Assembly (NCBI GenBank): GCA_038884755.1
Contig: JAWABJ010000001.1
Span: 153,792 to 217,791, forward strand
Length of the DNA stretch: 64,000 nt
Direction: 5' to 3'
Source of the DNA: Candidatus Norongarragalinales archaeon
GTDB lineage: Archaea; Micrarchaeota; Micrarchaeia; Norongarragalinales; Norongarragalinaceae
The notes under the pieces were generated by a model. That model made no database searches. It was not told where the DNA came from and saw only the letters and a list, made by a program, of their open reading frames with translations. The position numbers and the translations under genes were made by a program. This document shows positions 35,370 to 43,183 of this stretch, in pieces (position 1 is the stretch's first letter; the number at the start of each line of letters is the position of its first letter).

Positions 35370-35532
35370 GGGCCTTTAGTATAGCCTGGATAGAATAGGG
35401 GCTTCCGAAGCCTCAGACAGGGGTTCGAAGACCGCCTTTTCTTTTTAGAAAAAGAAAATGCGGTCGGCCGAAAAGAAAACGGTCGTCAGTCTCAAAGAAG
35501 CGCGGACTAGAACGGAAATCCCCTAAGGCCCG
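35370..35532 (+). tRNA. tRNA-Arg (anticodon CCG) with an 89-nt T-loop intron; D-arm imperfect
   Basis: Acceptor GGGCCTT/AAGGCCC plus G; anticodon stem GGGGC/GCCTC with loop TTCCGAA; T-arm AGGGG-TTCGAA|T-CCCCT with the intron at about 35430-35518. The D-stem pairs poorly. Confidence 0.5.
35430..35480 (+). repeat. hairpin-family copy at the 5' end of the tRNA-Arg(CCG) T-loop intron
   Basis: GACCGCCTTTTCTTTTTAGAAAAAGAAAATGCGGTC, followed by GGCCGAAAAGAAAACGG. Confidence 0.7.
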
Positions 35533-35614
35533 CTTTGCGCTAACCGGCGAGAGCTCAAGCTCGAGCTTTCGCAAGGTAGAGAATAAGAAACCCGCAGTGA
35601 AAATTATTTATCAC

Positions 35615-35734
35615 GGGCCCGTGTGGTAATGGACAACCGGCGGGGCTTCGGACCCCGAGTTGCGCGTTCGAAGAACCTTTCTTTGCGAAAGAAAGCTTTG
35701 CCAAAGAAAGGCAGCGAAAATCGCGCCGGGCCCG
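35615..35734 (+). tRNA. tRNA-Arg (anticodon TCG) with a 48-nt T-loop intron
   Basis: Acceptor GGGCCCG/CGGGCCC plus G; D TGGT/ACCG; anticodon stem CGGGG/CCCCG with loop CTTCGGA; T-arm GCGCG-TTCGAA|T-CGCGC with the intron at 35673-35720 containing the hairpin CTTTCTTTGCGAAAGAAAG. Confidence 0.65.
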
Positions 35735-35737
35735 CTT

Positions 35738-35784
35738 AAACTTTCTTTTTTTTGCGAAAAAAGAAAGTTTAATCAAAGAAAAAG
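35738..35784 (+). repeat. hairpin-family copy 3' of tRNA-Arg(TCG), also 9 nt upstream of the 35793 gene
   Basis: AAACTTTCTTTTTTTTGCGAAAAAAGAAAGTTT, followed by AATCAAAGAAAAAG. Confidence 0.75.
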
Positions 35785-35792
35785 GGAAGGAA

Positions 35793-37670
35793 ATGTTTGT
35801 CGCGCTTTTGTTTCTCTTGAGTTCGCTTTACTCCGGGTTCGTCGCCGCGAAAAAACTCGGCATTCTGGATACCGAAATCAAGCGGCTTTCGATTGGTTTT
35901 CTCGCGGGTTTCGTGCTGCAAAGCGCGTTTTTGCTCGCGCTGTCGTGGCTTTCCGGCGGGCTTGAGGAGCAATGGATTCTGCTTTCGTCGGTTGTTTTCG
36001 TTTTGGCCGCTTTCGCTTTCGACAGGCGTTTCGCCGTTGCGAGATTGAGGGAAAGGAGGCTTCCTTTCGTTTCCAACGCGGACAGGATTGCCCTCGCTTT
36101 TTCCCTGTTGTTTCTTGCCTTGAATTTCCTTGCAATCCTGCATCCCACGCAAACCGGCTTCGAGTCTGTGGCGAGCGTTTGGGGGGATTATCCCCTGCAT
36201 TTGAGCATAGCGAATTCCTTCGCATTGCGGGACAATTTTCCGCCGCAATACCCCGTTTTGCTGGGAGAGCCTTTGAAATACTCTTTCCTGTTCGACTTCA
36301 GTTCCGCAATACTGTTGAAAGGCGGTTTCGACTTCCGTTCGGCATTCCTTGTGCCAAACGCCTTGGTTTTCGTGGCTTTCGCGCTGGCGCTGGTGCTGTT
36401 GTGCGAGCTTTTCGCCGGAAGCAAGGGAAGGGTTTTGTTCGTTTTCCTGGCTTTCGCATTGTTTTTCTTCAACGGGAACTACGGGATGGCGGGCGCGCTT
36501 GAAGACGCTTTTTCGCAGGGAAGCCTGTCGCCGCTTTTGCACCCCGACCGCAATTATTCCAACGCAGACGACAAGGGCGTGGTGGTGATGAACTGGGTTT
36601 ACTCCATTCTCATGCCGGCGAGAAGCGCTTTGTTGGGCCTGGCAATTTCGGTTTTCACTTACGCCGTGCTTTTCTCGAGCGTGTTGAATTCGCGTTGGAA
36701 CAGGCGGGAGCTTTTTGCAGCGGGCGTTTTGGCCGGGCTTTTGCCTCTAGCCCACGCGCACTCGCTAGTGGTTGTTGGTGCGGTTGCCGGGTTTTTGTTC
36801 CTGTTTTCCGTGCGAAAGTGGAAAGAGTGGGTTTTTTTCGCCGGTCCCGCCGCAGTTATTGCCTTGCCGCAGTTGGCTTGGCTTTCTTCCAAGGTTTTCT
36901 TCAAAATTTTTCCCGGTTGGCTTTCGCCGGAAAAAAGCTTTCTAGGTGTTGCAGAGTTTTGGGTCAAGAATGGGTGGGCCGTGCTCCTTTGCTTTGCGGC
37001 TTGGCTTGCGTTCGCTTTGAAAAGCAATGACTGGAAAAGACTGGCTCTCGCCGCTCCCTTCGCCTTGGTTTTCGTGCTTGCGAACCTCTTCGTGCTTCAA
37101 CCGTGGGAGTGGGACAACACCAAGTTTTTCATGCAATTCTTTCTTTTCGCCTGCATTGCAAGCGCGTTGTTCCTGGAGTCGCTGTGGACGGCACAAGGAA
37201 AACAACGAATTTTGCACAAGGCGGTCGTTGTCGTGATAGTGCTTTTGGGAGTTGCGTCGGGAGTGCTGGCAATATTGTGGACCGGCTGGGGGGACAACGC
37301 GCGTTACGAGACGTTCTCGAAAGAGGACGTTGCGCTTGCTGCATGGATAACTGTCAACACGCCTAGCGGCGCGTTGTTTTTGAGTTCCACTTTCCACCAT
37401 AATCCAGTGCCTGCTCTGGCCGGAAGGCAGATTGTGGCCGGGTACGAAGGCTGGCTGTGGAGCCACGGGCTAAACTACCAAAAGACTTTGCAGGACGCCA
37501 AGAAAATGTTCGAAGAGGCGGACTGCCGTTTGATGGGCGAGTACGGAGTTGATTTCGTGCTTGTAAGAAAAACGTGGGAGGATGCGGCGTTGTACGAAGG
37601 AAAAGGTTTCGAAAGGGTTTATTCCGACCGACGCGGGAACATGGTTTTCAAGTCCAATTGCATTGCATAG
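35793..37670 (+). CDS. large polytopic membrane protein, GT-C-like glycosyltransferase candidate (paralog B)
   Basis: 625 aa, collinear paralog of 17552..19489: shared HPDRNY, LFAAGVLAGLLPL and VRKWKEW blocks, and the same C-terminal soluble domain. Confidence 0.55.
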   Translation: MFVALLFLLSSLYSGFVAAKKLGILDTEIKRLSIGFLAGFVLQSAFLLALSWLSGGLEEQWILLSSVVFVLAAFAFDRRFAVARLRERRLPFVSNADRIALAFSLLFLALNFLAILHPTQTGFESVASVWGDYPLHLSIANSFALRDNFPPQYPVLLGEPLKYSFLFDFSSAILLKGGFDFRSAFLVPNALVFVAFALALVLLCELFAGSKGRVLFVFLAFALFFFNGNYGMAGALEDAFSQGSLSPLLHPDRNYSNADDKGVVVMNWVYSILMPARSALLGLAISVFTYAVLFSSVLNSRWNRRELFAAGVLAGLLPLAHAHSLVVVGAVAGFLFLFSVRKWKEWVFFAGPAAVIALPQLAWLSSKVFFKIFPGWLSPEKSFLGVAEFWVKNGWAVLLCFAAWLAFALKSNDWKRLALAAPFALVFVLANLFVLQPWEWDNTKFFMQFFLFACIASALFLESLWTAQGKQRILHKAVVVVIVLLGVASGVLAILWTGWGDNARYETFSKEDVALAAWITVNTPSGALFLSSTFHHNPVPALAGRQIVAGYEGWLWSHGLNYQKTLQDAKKMFEEADCRLMGEYGVDFVLVRKTWEDAALYEGKGFERVYSDRRGNMVFKSNCIA

Positions 37671-38698
37671 TCGGCAAGCTGTTTGAATGCAAACGCCGCA
37701 AGAACTACGAGCGGGACTTGCAGGAACACTATGAACCTGTCCATGAAGACGCGCACGCCCACCAAGTCGTTTTTGATGAAGGCGAAGCCCGCGAGCGCCA
37801 ACGCTATCAAAAGCAGCTCCCTGTCTCTCGGCTGGAAAAAGTTTCTAGCCGCGAGCAGCACAAACCCAAGCACGCTTCCGGCAGTCAAAACCAACCCGTT
37901 CTTTTCCAAAAACAAGTCGAATCCCACTGGGTTGCCTTCGTGGTTTGAAAACTGGGCTATGTCGAAAATGTTGGCGTTGCCTGTCGCTATAAAGTGCCAT
38001 CCGACGTATGCAATAAGAGCCAGTGCCCAGCACAACAATGCGGTCCAAGCGCTTTCCGAAGGCATTGCGACTTTCCTCGTTTGGGCGAATTGGGAGAAAA
38101 CCTTGAGCGCGGCGAAAGCGAACGCTCCCGCCGCAAGGAACGCGATTGTTTCCTGGTGGACCATGGCGATTGCAAAAGTCAAAAGCAACGCCGTTTTCCG
38201 CTTGTTGCGGGCGATGGCGTAGAAGGCGAAGGGAAGCAAAGCCAGTCCCAGCCCCTGCGGCAGCGGGCGGACGGTATAAATGAGCAGTTCGGCGGGAAGG
38301 GAAGCGAAAAACGCTGCCGCCAGTCCCGTGAAGTCGTCGAACACCTCTCTTGCAAACAGGAAAAAGCCTATGGGCAAAAGAATTGCGAAAAGCATCACCA
38401 GCATTCTTTGCGCGAAATCCACGTCTTGCAAAACGAACGTGGTTCCCGCAAGCAAGAGCCTGTAGCCCGGAACGTAAAGCGCCGGAATCCCGCCGCCGTA
38501 AGAGTAATCGTTTTGCAGCGGGTATTCGCCGTGCTTGAGAATGTGCTGTGCGAAAGCAACGTGGATGTTGGTGTTGCCGTACGTGGGGTAGTACCACTCT
38601 TTCCAAACCATCGAGTGCGAGTGGAGGCTTGTCACGACCGCAATGAAAAGCAGTGCGTAAACCAAAAGCTTGTCCTTGTCCAGGTTGCGCAAATCCAT
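37619..38698 (-). CDS. membrane-domain-only paralog of the GT-C-like family (paralog C, part 2)
   Basis: 359 aa, all TM. The first-loop motif H..FAQHILKHGEYPLQNDY matches H..IANSFALRDNFPPQYP of paralog B. There is no C-terminal soluble domain. Confidence 0.5.
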   Translation of the reverse strand: MDLRNLDKDKLLVYALLFIAVVTSLHSHSMVWKEWYYPTYGNTNIHVAFAQHILKHGEYPLQNDYSYGGGIPALYVPGYRLLLAGTTFVLQDVDFAQRMLVMLFAILLPIGFFLFAREVFDDFTGLAAAFFASLPAELLIYTVRPLPQGLGLALLPFAFYAIARNKRKTALLLTFAIAMVHQETIAFLAAGAFAFAALKVFSQFAQTRKVAMPSESAWTALLCWALALIAYVGWHFIATGNANIFDIAQFSNHEGNPVGFDLFLEKNGLVLTAGSVLGFVLLAARNFFQPRDRELLLIALALAGFAFIKNDLVGVRVFMDRFIVFLQVPLVVLAAFAFKQLADYAMQLDLKTMFPRRSE

Positions 38699-38702
38699 GA
38701 AA

Positions 38703-39212
38703 TCACGGTTTCTTTACTTTGTAAATCCTGTGCCCGTTGTCGAAAACCTTTTCGAAGTACTGAGAATCGCCGAATATGGTGTAGTCCGCCCCTTTCCAAG
38801 TGAACCCGGGGAACAGAGACCGGTCGGGCACCCAGACGTATTCGGCGCGGTATTTCAACGCGGTTTCCCACGCTTGCCTTCCGCTTTTGGCTTCGTAAAA
38901 ATTGTATTGGATGTCGTGCATTCTCTGCACTACGTTCGGCACTATCGCCCAATCCCCGCCTTCGGTTCCTTCGCGCAGCACGCTCATCAAAAGCTCTCCG
39001 CCGAAAATGTCGCTCACGAACACCGTGCGTTCGGGCGTGTTTTGCAAAACCCATTCCAGCGCGGATACCTCGTTTTTGGAAACGACGGGGTTCATCCAGG
39101 GCTTCGCCTGGTTGAGCGCAGCGTCAAAATCCTTGTTGGCGAAGTAAATGACGAGTGCGAAAAGCAAGAGCACCGGAACGTATTGCAGTGCCTTGCGGGC
39201 GTCGGATTCCAT
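38703..39212 (-). CDS. TM-anchored soluble domain homologous to the C-terminal domain of the GT-C-like paralogs (paralog C, part 1)
   Basis: 169 aa with N-terminal TM VPVLLLFALVIYFA. SKNEVSALEWVLQNTPERTVFVS aligns to SKEDVALAAWITVNTPSGALFLS of paralog B. The tail ...DYTIFGDSQYFEKVFDNGHRIYKVK resembles the ends of paralogs A and B. It is encoded upstream of part 2 with a 4-nt gap. Confidence 0.45.
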   Translation of the reverse strand: MESDARKALQYVPVLLLFALVIYFANKDFDAALNQAKPWMNPVVSKNEVSALEWVLQNTPERTVFVSDIFGGELLMSVLREGTEGGDWAIVPNVVQRMHDIQYNFYEAKSGRQAWETALKYRAEYVWVPDRSLFPGFTWKGADYTIFGDSQYFEKVFDNGHRIYKVKKP

Positions 39213-39267
39213 GTCCTATTCCTTTCAACCACTAAAAATTTAAGTGCTTTCACGCGGTTCTATTGCC

Positions 39268-39927
39268 ATGCAAAAAGACGTGAGGAAAGTTTACGACGCG
39301 ATTGCCGAACGCTGGAACGAGAGGCACTACAAAACGCGTTCTTGGGTCAGGTTTTTCAGGCCGATGCTCAAGAAAAACGACGTTGTGCTGGACGCGGGCT
39401 GCGGCAACGGCGTGAACGCAATTTCGTTCGCCCCTTTCGTCCGCAAAATCTACGCGGTCGACTTCTCGCCGAAAATGGTTGAATACGCGAAGCGCAACGT
39501 CCGCAAAGCCAAGCTTTCAAAAAAAATCATTGCGAGCAAGGCTGACGTGCTCAAGCTTCCCTTCAAAAATTCTTTCTTCAACGTTGCGGCGTATTTCGCG
39601 GTCGCCCACCATTTTTCCGGAAAGCGGGAATTGCAATTGCTTTTTTCCGAAATGAGCCGGGTTTTGAAGAAAAAGGGGTTTGCTTTCGTGACCGTGCGCT
39701 GCGAAGGCTGGTCTGCCCAGGAGGCTGGCAAAGCAGTGTTTTTCAATTACGCCGGCAAAACAGGGTTGACTTTGCCGAGAATCTACAGTTCTCCAGGCAA
39801 GAAAACCCTGGTTTCCGTTGCGTCGAAAAGCGGGCTTGCGCTTCGAAAGTTTTTCTTCGAGAGGAAGGGCAGGCTTTGCACGAAACGCGAAGCGCGAAAC
39901 TTTTGCCTGGTTTTCCAAAAGCTTTGA
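39268..39927 (+). CDS. class I SAM-dependent methyltransferase
   Basis: Motif I VLDAGCGNGVNA, followed by an acidic post-I residue (AVDFS). Confidence 0.6.
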   Translation: MQKDVRKVYDAIAERWNERHYKTRSWVRFFRPMLKKNDVVLDAGCGNGVNAISFAPFVRKIYAVDFSPKMVEYAKRNVRKAKLSKKIIASKADVLKLPFKNSFFNVAAYFAVAHHFSGKRELQLLFSEMSRVLKKKGFAFVTVRCEGWSAQEAGKAVFFNYAGKTGLTLPRIYSSPGKKTLVSVASKSGLALRKFFFERKGRLCTKREARNFCLVFQKL

Positions 39928-40578
39928 TTACTTCTTGCGCAAAACCAAAAACAAGTGGTCTTGCTCGAACGGCTCCAAGGGGATTTCCTGCTCGATTTCG
40001 AAAGCCTCGGAAAGGGTTTTTTTCACTTTCGCGTACACGCGCGCAGGTTCTTCGACGGAATTTATTGCGCGTGACTTGATTGCAATCAGCGCATAACCCC
40101 CTTTCGCGAGAAAACGGGAGTTCGCGTTGAGTATTTCCGCCTGCTGGGGGTCTGCAACATCCTCGAAAACCACATCGACAGAGCCGATTTCCTCGTAATT
40201 CTCGGGCTTGCGCGCGTCGGCAAGGATGGGTATCATGTTGCCCCGTTTTTCGCACACGCTGATTAAATCGCGCATGGCGATGGGTGCTACTTCAATGCAG
40301 TAAACTTCCCCTTTGCTTCCCACTATGTCGCTTACGAACGAGGGCGTGGCGCCGTGTGCTGCGCCCAAATAAAGGACTTTAGACCCTTTGGTTATGGGCA
40401 TGTGCTTGATGCCTTTCGCAATCGCCGCGCAAAGCTTGCTTTGGTGGGGGTTCCACTCGCGGTATTGAATTCCTTTTTCCTCGACGAGCTTTTCCCCGTG
40501 CACCTTGAATCCTTTGAGGGAATTGCGCGTGTAGAAAAAGCTGTTTTGCGCGTAAATCCCCGGAAAAATTTCTTTCAC
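39928..40578 (-). CDS. flpA: fibrillarin-like rRNA/tRNA 2'-O-methyltransferase
   Basis: 216 aa beginning YREWNPHQSKLCAAIAKGI...KVLYLGAAHGATPSFVSDIVGSKGEVYCIEVAP. It lies directly downstream of nop5. Confidence 0.9.
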   Translation of the reverse strand: MKEIFPGIYAQNSFFYTRNSLKGFKVHGEKLVEEKGIQYREWNPHQSKLCAAIAKGIKHMPITKGSKVLYLGAAHGATPSFVSDIVGSKGEVYCIEVAPIAMRDLISVCEKRGNMIPILADARKPENYEEIGSVDVVFEDVADPQQAEILNANSRFLAKGGYALIAIKSRAINSVEEPARVYAKVKKTLSEAFEIEQEIPLEPFEQDHLFLVLRKK

Positions 40579-40598
40579 GCGTCACAGCACCTGAAGAG

Positions 40599-41578
40599 TC
40601 AGCGCCTGCCTTTGTTGAAGCGCTTGAAAGGCTTTTTGCCGAACGATTTTCCGCTCCCGCCGTGGAAAGGCCTGCCTTCGACCGGCCTTCCGCCGAATCT
40701 CCTTTCGCCAAACGGCTTGCGCCTGTAATCGTCTTCCCTGCTGCCCTCGCGGTAGTTGTGCTTAGGCTTTTCGGACTGCGGTTTGATTGGCGTTTCCTGG
40801 ATTTGTTTCAAGCGCTTTTCGAAATGCTCCTTGAGCTTTGGCGCGATGAAGTGGTGAGTGTAGAAGTCAGCCTTAGCGGCAATCGCCAGTTTGGTTGCAA
40901 GCGCGCGCGCGATGCGCCCGCGCTGGTGCATAGGCGCGGAGTTTATTGCAGGATGCTGGAATATGATGCCGTGCTTCGGTGGGCGCGTGTGTTGTCTTAA
41001 GTGTTTGAACAAACTCTTTTCGGCGCCAATTACTTGAATGGTTGAAGCTGGCATTTCCGCCAGGTTTTTGAGCGAGCCTGCGAGCGCAAGAAGCCTTGCG
41101 GCGAGCAGCGGGTCGAGCAAATACGTCACGTTCTTGAGCTCTTTTTCAACCATGCCTTTCACGTATTCCTCAGTCTCTTTCCTCGCTTCCATGATTTCGG
41201 CTATTTGCTTTGCGAAAACTTGAACAGCCTTAGAGTCTTCCTTGTCGAACTTCGCTCCATAACTGGATTCAGAGGCGACCATGATGGCGTTTGCCTTCGA
41301 CTCGCTGGCTATTTCAGCAAGCTTTTTCTCCTCATAGTGCTCTTTGCTTCCGAACTCTGCCGCTATTCGCGCGAGCACGTCTTCGTTCACGCGCAAGTCG
41401 GGAAAATTGACTTTATACCATTCGTTGAGCCTTTGCTGGAGTAGGCTTTTGACTTCGTCCAAATCGTCTATGCTACGTACGGCTTGGATGATCAACGCGT
41501 CTTTTTGGGACAAAGCTTCCTGGGTTTGCTTTTTCGCCTTTTCCAAGAACTTTTTCCTAGTTTCAAGAGCCTTCACTG
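40599..41578 (-). CDS. nop5: Nop5 (Nop56/58) C/D box snoRNP protein; short form apparently lacking the N-terminal fibrillarin-binding domain, with R/G/K-rich tail
   Basis: Coiled-coil KDALIIQAVRSIDDLDEVKSLLQQRLNEWYKVNFPDL plus NOP domain ...GAEKSLFKHLRQ...HGIIFQHP.... The C-terminal tail is RRKPFGERRFGGRPVEGRPFHGGSGKSFGKKPFKRFNKGRR. The annotated ORF start at 41927 overlaps glyS and the TATA box. A GTG at 41578 preceded by GGAAGGGTGG is more plausible. Confidence 0.7.
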
Positions 41579-41620
41579 TTAACCACCCTTCCGTAGAAAA
41601 GCAAAATAACCGTTTTAAAA

Positions 41621-41632
41621 CTCTATATAGAG
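41621..41632. promoter_or_regulatory. palindromic TATA element (CTCTATATAGAG) centred about 50 nt from both the glyS ATG and the nop5 GTG
   Basis: A perfect 12-nt palindrome lies midway between divergent genes. It is a candidate shared bidirectional promoter. Confidence 0.4.
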
Positions 41633-41681
41633 TAAGATAGTAGCAGGGCGTTTTTAATCCCCGCGATTGAAGTGTGTTGAA

Positions 41682-43169
41682 ATGTCTCAAGCTCAAGGGA
41701 AAATAGACAAGGTCGTCAACCTGTGTTCGAGGCGCGGGTTGGTTTTCCCGAATTCCGAAATCTACTCTCCTCTCGGCGGGTTTTTCGACTACGCGCACTA
41801 CGGACTCGCGATTAAAAAAAGAATCGCAAGTGCGTGGTGGGATTACTTCGTCAAGCAAAGGGAGGACGTAGTGGGTTTGGACGGCTCGATAATCTCCTCG
41901 CCCAAGGTTTGGAAAGCGAGCGGGCATCTTGAAAACTTTACCGACCCGCTGGTGGAATGCAAGAAATGCAAATCGCGCTTTCGCGCAGACCAGCTCGTGC
42001 GCGATGAATTAAAGCTTGAAGTGGAAGGGCTGGACGAAAAAACGCTGGCGAAACTCATTAGCGAGCACAAGCTCGTGTGCGAAAAGTGCAGGGGAGAGCT
42101 TGCTGAAGCGAAGACGTTCAATTTGATGTTCAAGACGCAAGTGGGCGTTATTGAAGACGATGCGAACGCAGTTTTCCTTCGCCCCGAGACGGCGCAAACT
42201 ATTTTCGCGGACTTCAAGTCAATCGCTGGTTTCGCGCGCAAAAAGCTTCCTTTCGGAATAGCGCAAATTGGAAAGGCGTTTAGAAACGAAATTTCTCCAA
42301 GGAATTTTCTTTTTCGCGCGCGAGAGTTCGAACAGATGGAATTGGAGTTTTTCCTGCACCCTAACAAAAGTCCGCGTTTCGATAAAATAAAGCTCAACCA
42401 AAAAATCAAGGTTTTTACCGCACGCGCCCAGTCTCAAAAAAGTGGGTTGGTTGAAAAAAGCGTGGAAAAGCTGTTTGAAGAAAAGATTGTTTCTAACGAA
42501 TGGCTGGTGTACTGGCTTGCCGAAGCGTGGTTTTTCTTGACTGAAGAACTGGGACTGAAGAAAGAGAATCTGCGAATGCGCCAGCATGTCGCTACCGAGT
42601 TGTCGCACTATTCGAAAGAAACCTGGGACGTGGAATATGATTATCCAGAGTGGGGCTGGAAGGAACTCGTGGGAATAGCCAACCGCGGGGACTTCGACTT
42701 GCAGCAGCACCAAAAGCATTCAGGTAAAGACCTTTCGGTTTTCGACGAAGAGTCGAAGCAAAAGGTTCTGCCGACAGTCATCGAGCCTTCCTTCGGCTTG
42801 GACAGGCTTTTCTTCACGGTGCTTATCGATTCTTTCGAAGAAGAGGGTGAGAAGACTGTTTTGAAGCTCGAAAGGCGGATAGCGCCTCTCGACTGCGCGG
42901 TTTTCCCTCTGATGGCGAAAGACGGGCTGGACGAAAAAGCGAGAGAGGTTTTCGAAATGCTCAAGCACCTCGGGTTGGAGTGCGAGTACGACGAGAGAGG
43001 AAGCATTGGAAAGCGCTACGCTCGCATGGACGAAATCGGAGTGCCACTATGCATTACTGTCGATTACGATTCTTTGGAAAAGAACGATTGCACCGTGCGC
43101 TATCGCGATTCGGGAAAGCAGGAAAGGGTTTTAATCACTCTTTTGCCTGAAAAACTGCATTCTGCCTGA
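41682..43169 (+). CDS. glyS: glycyl-tRNA synthetase (archaeal/eukaryotic alpha2 type)
   Basis: GLVFPNSEIYSPLGGFFDYAHYG, the class II motifs, and an anticodon-binding C-terminal domain. Confidence 0.85.
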   Translation: MSQAQGKIDKVVNLCSRRGLVFPNSEIYSPLGGFFDYAHYGLAIKKRIASAWWDYFVKQREDVVGLDGSIISSPKVWKASGHLENFTDPLVECKKCKSRFRADQLVRDELKLEVEGLDEKTLAKLISEHKLVCEKCRGELAEAKTFNLMFKTQVGVIEDDANAVFLRPETAQTIFADFKSIAGFARKKLPFGIAQIGKAFRNEISPRNFLFRAREFEQMELEFFLHPNKSPRFDKIKLNQKIKVFTARAQSQKSGLVEKSVEKLFEEKIVSNEWLVYWLAEAWFFLTEELGLKKENLRMRQHVATELSHYSKETWDVEYDYPEWGWKELVGIANRGDFDLQQHQKHSGKDLSVFDEESKQKVLPTVIEPSFGLDRLFFTVLIDSFEEEGEKTVLKLERRIAPLDCAVFPLMAKDGLDEKAREVFEMLKHLGLECEYDERGSIGKRYARMDEIGVPLCITVDYDSLEKNDCTVRYRDSGKQERVLITLLPEKLHSA

Positions 43170-43183
43170 TTTGCCTGTTAAGT

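Noticed and set aside
40599-41927. Full 442-aa Nop5 ORF starting at ATG 41927
   Set aside because: The N-terminal 115 codons overlap the first 260 nt of glyS and the TATA palindrome, and do not resemble the Nop5 N-terminal domain. GTG 41578 with an upstream GGAAGGGTGG was preferred.
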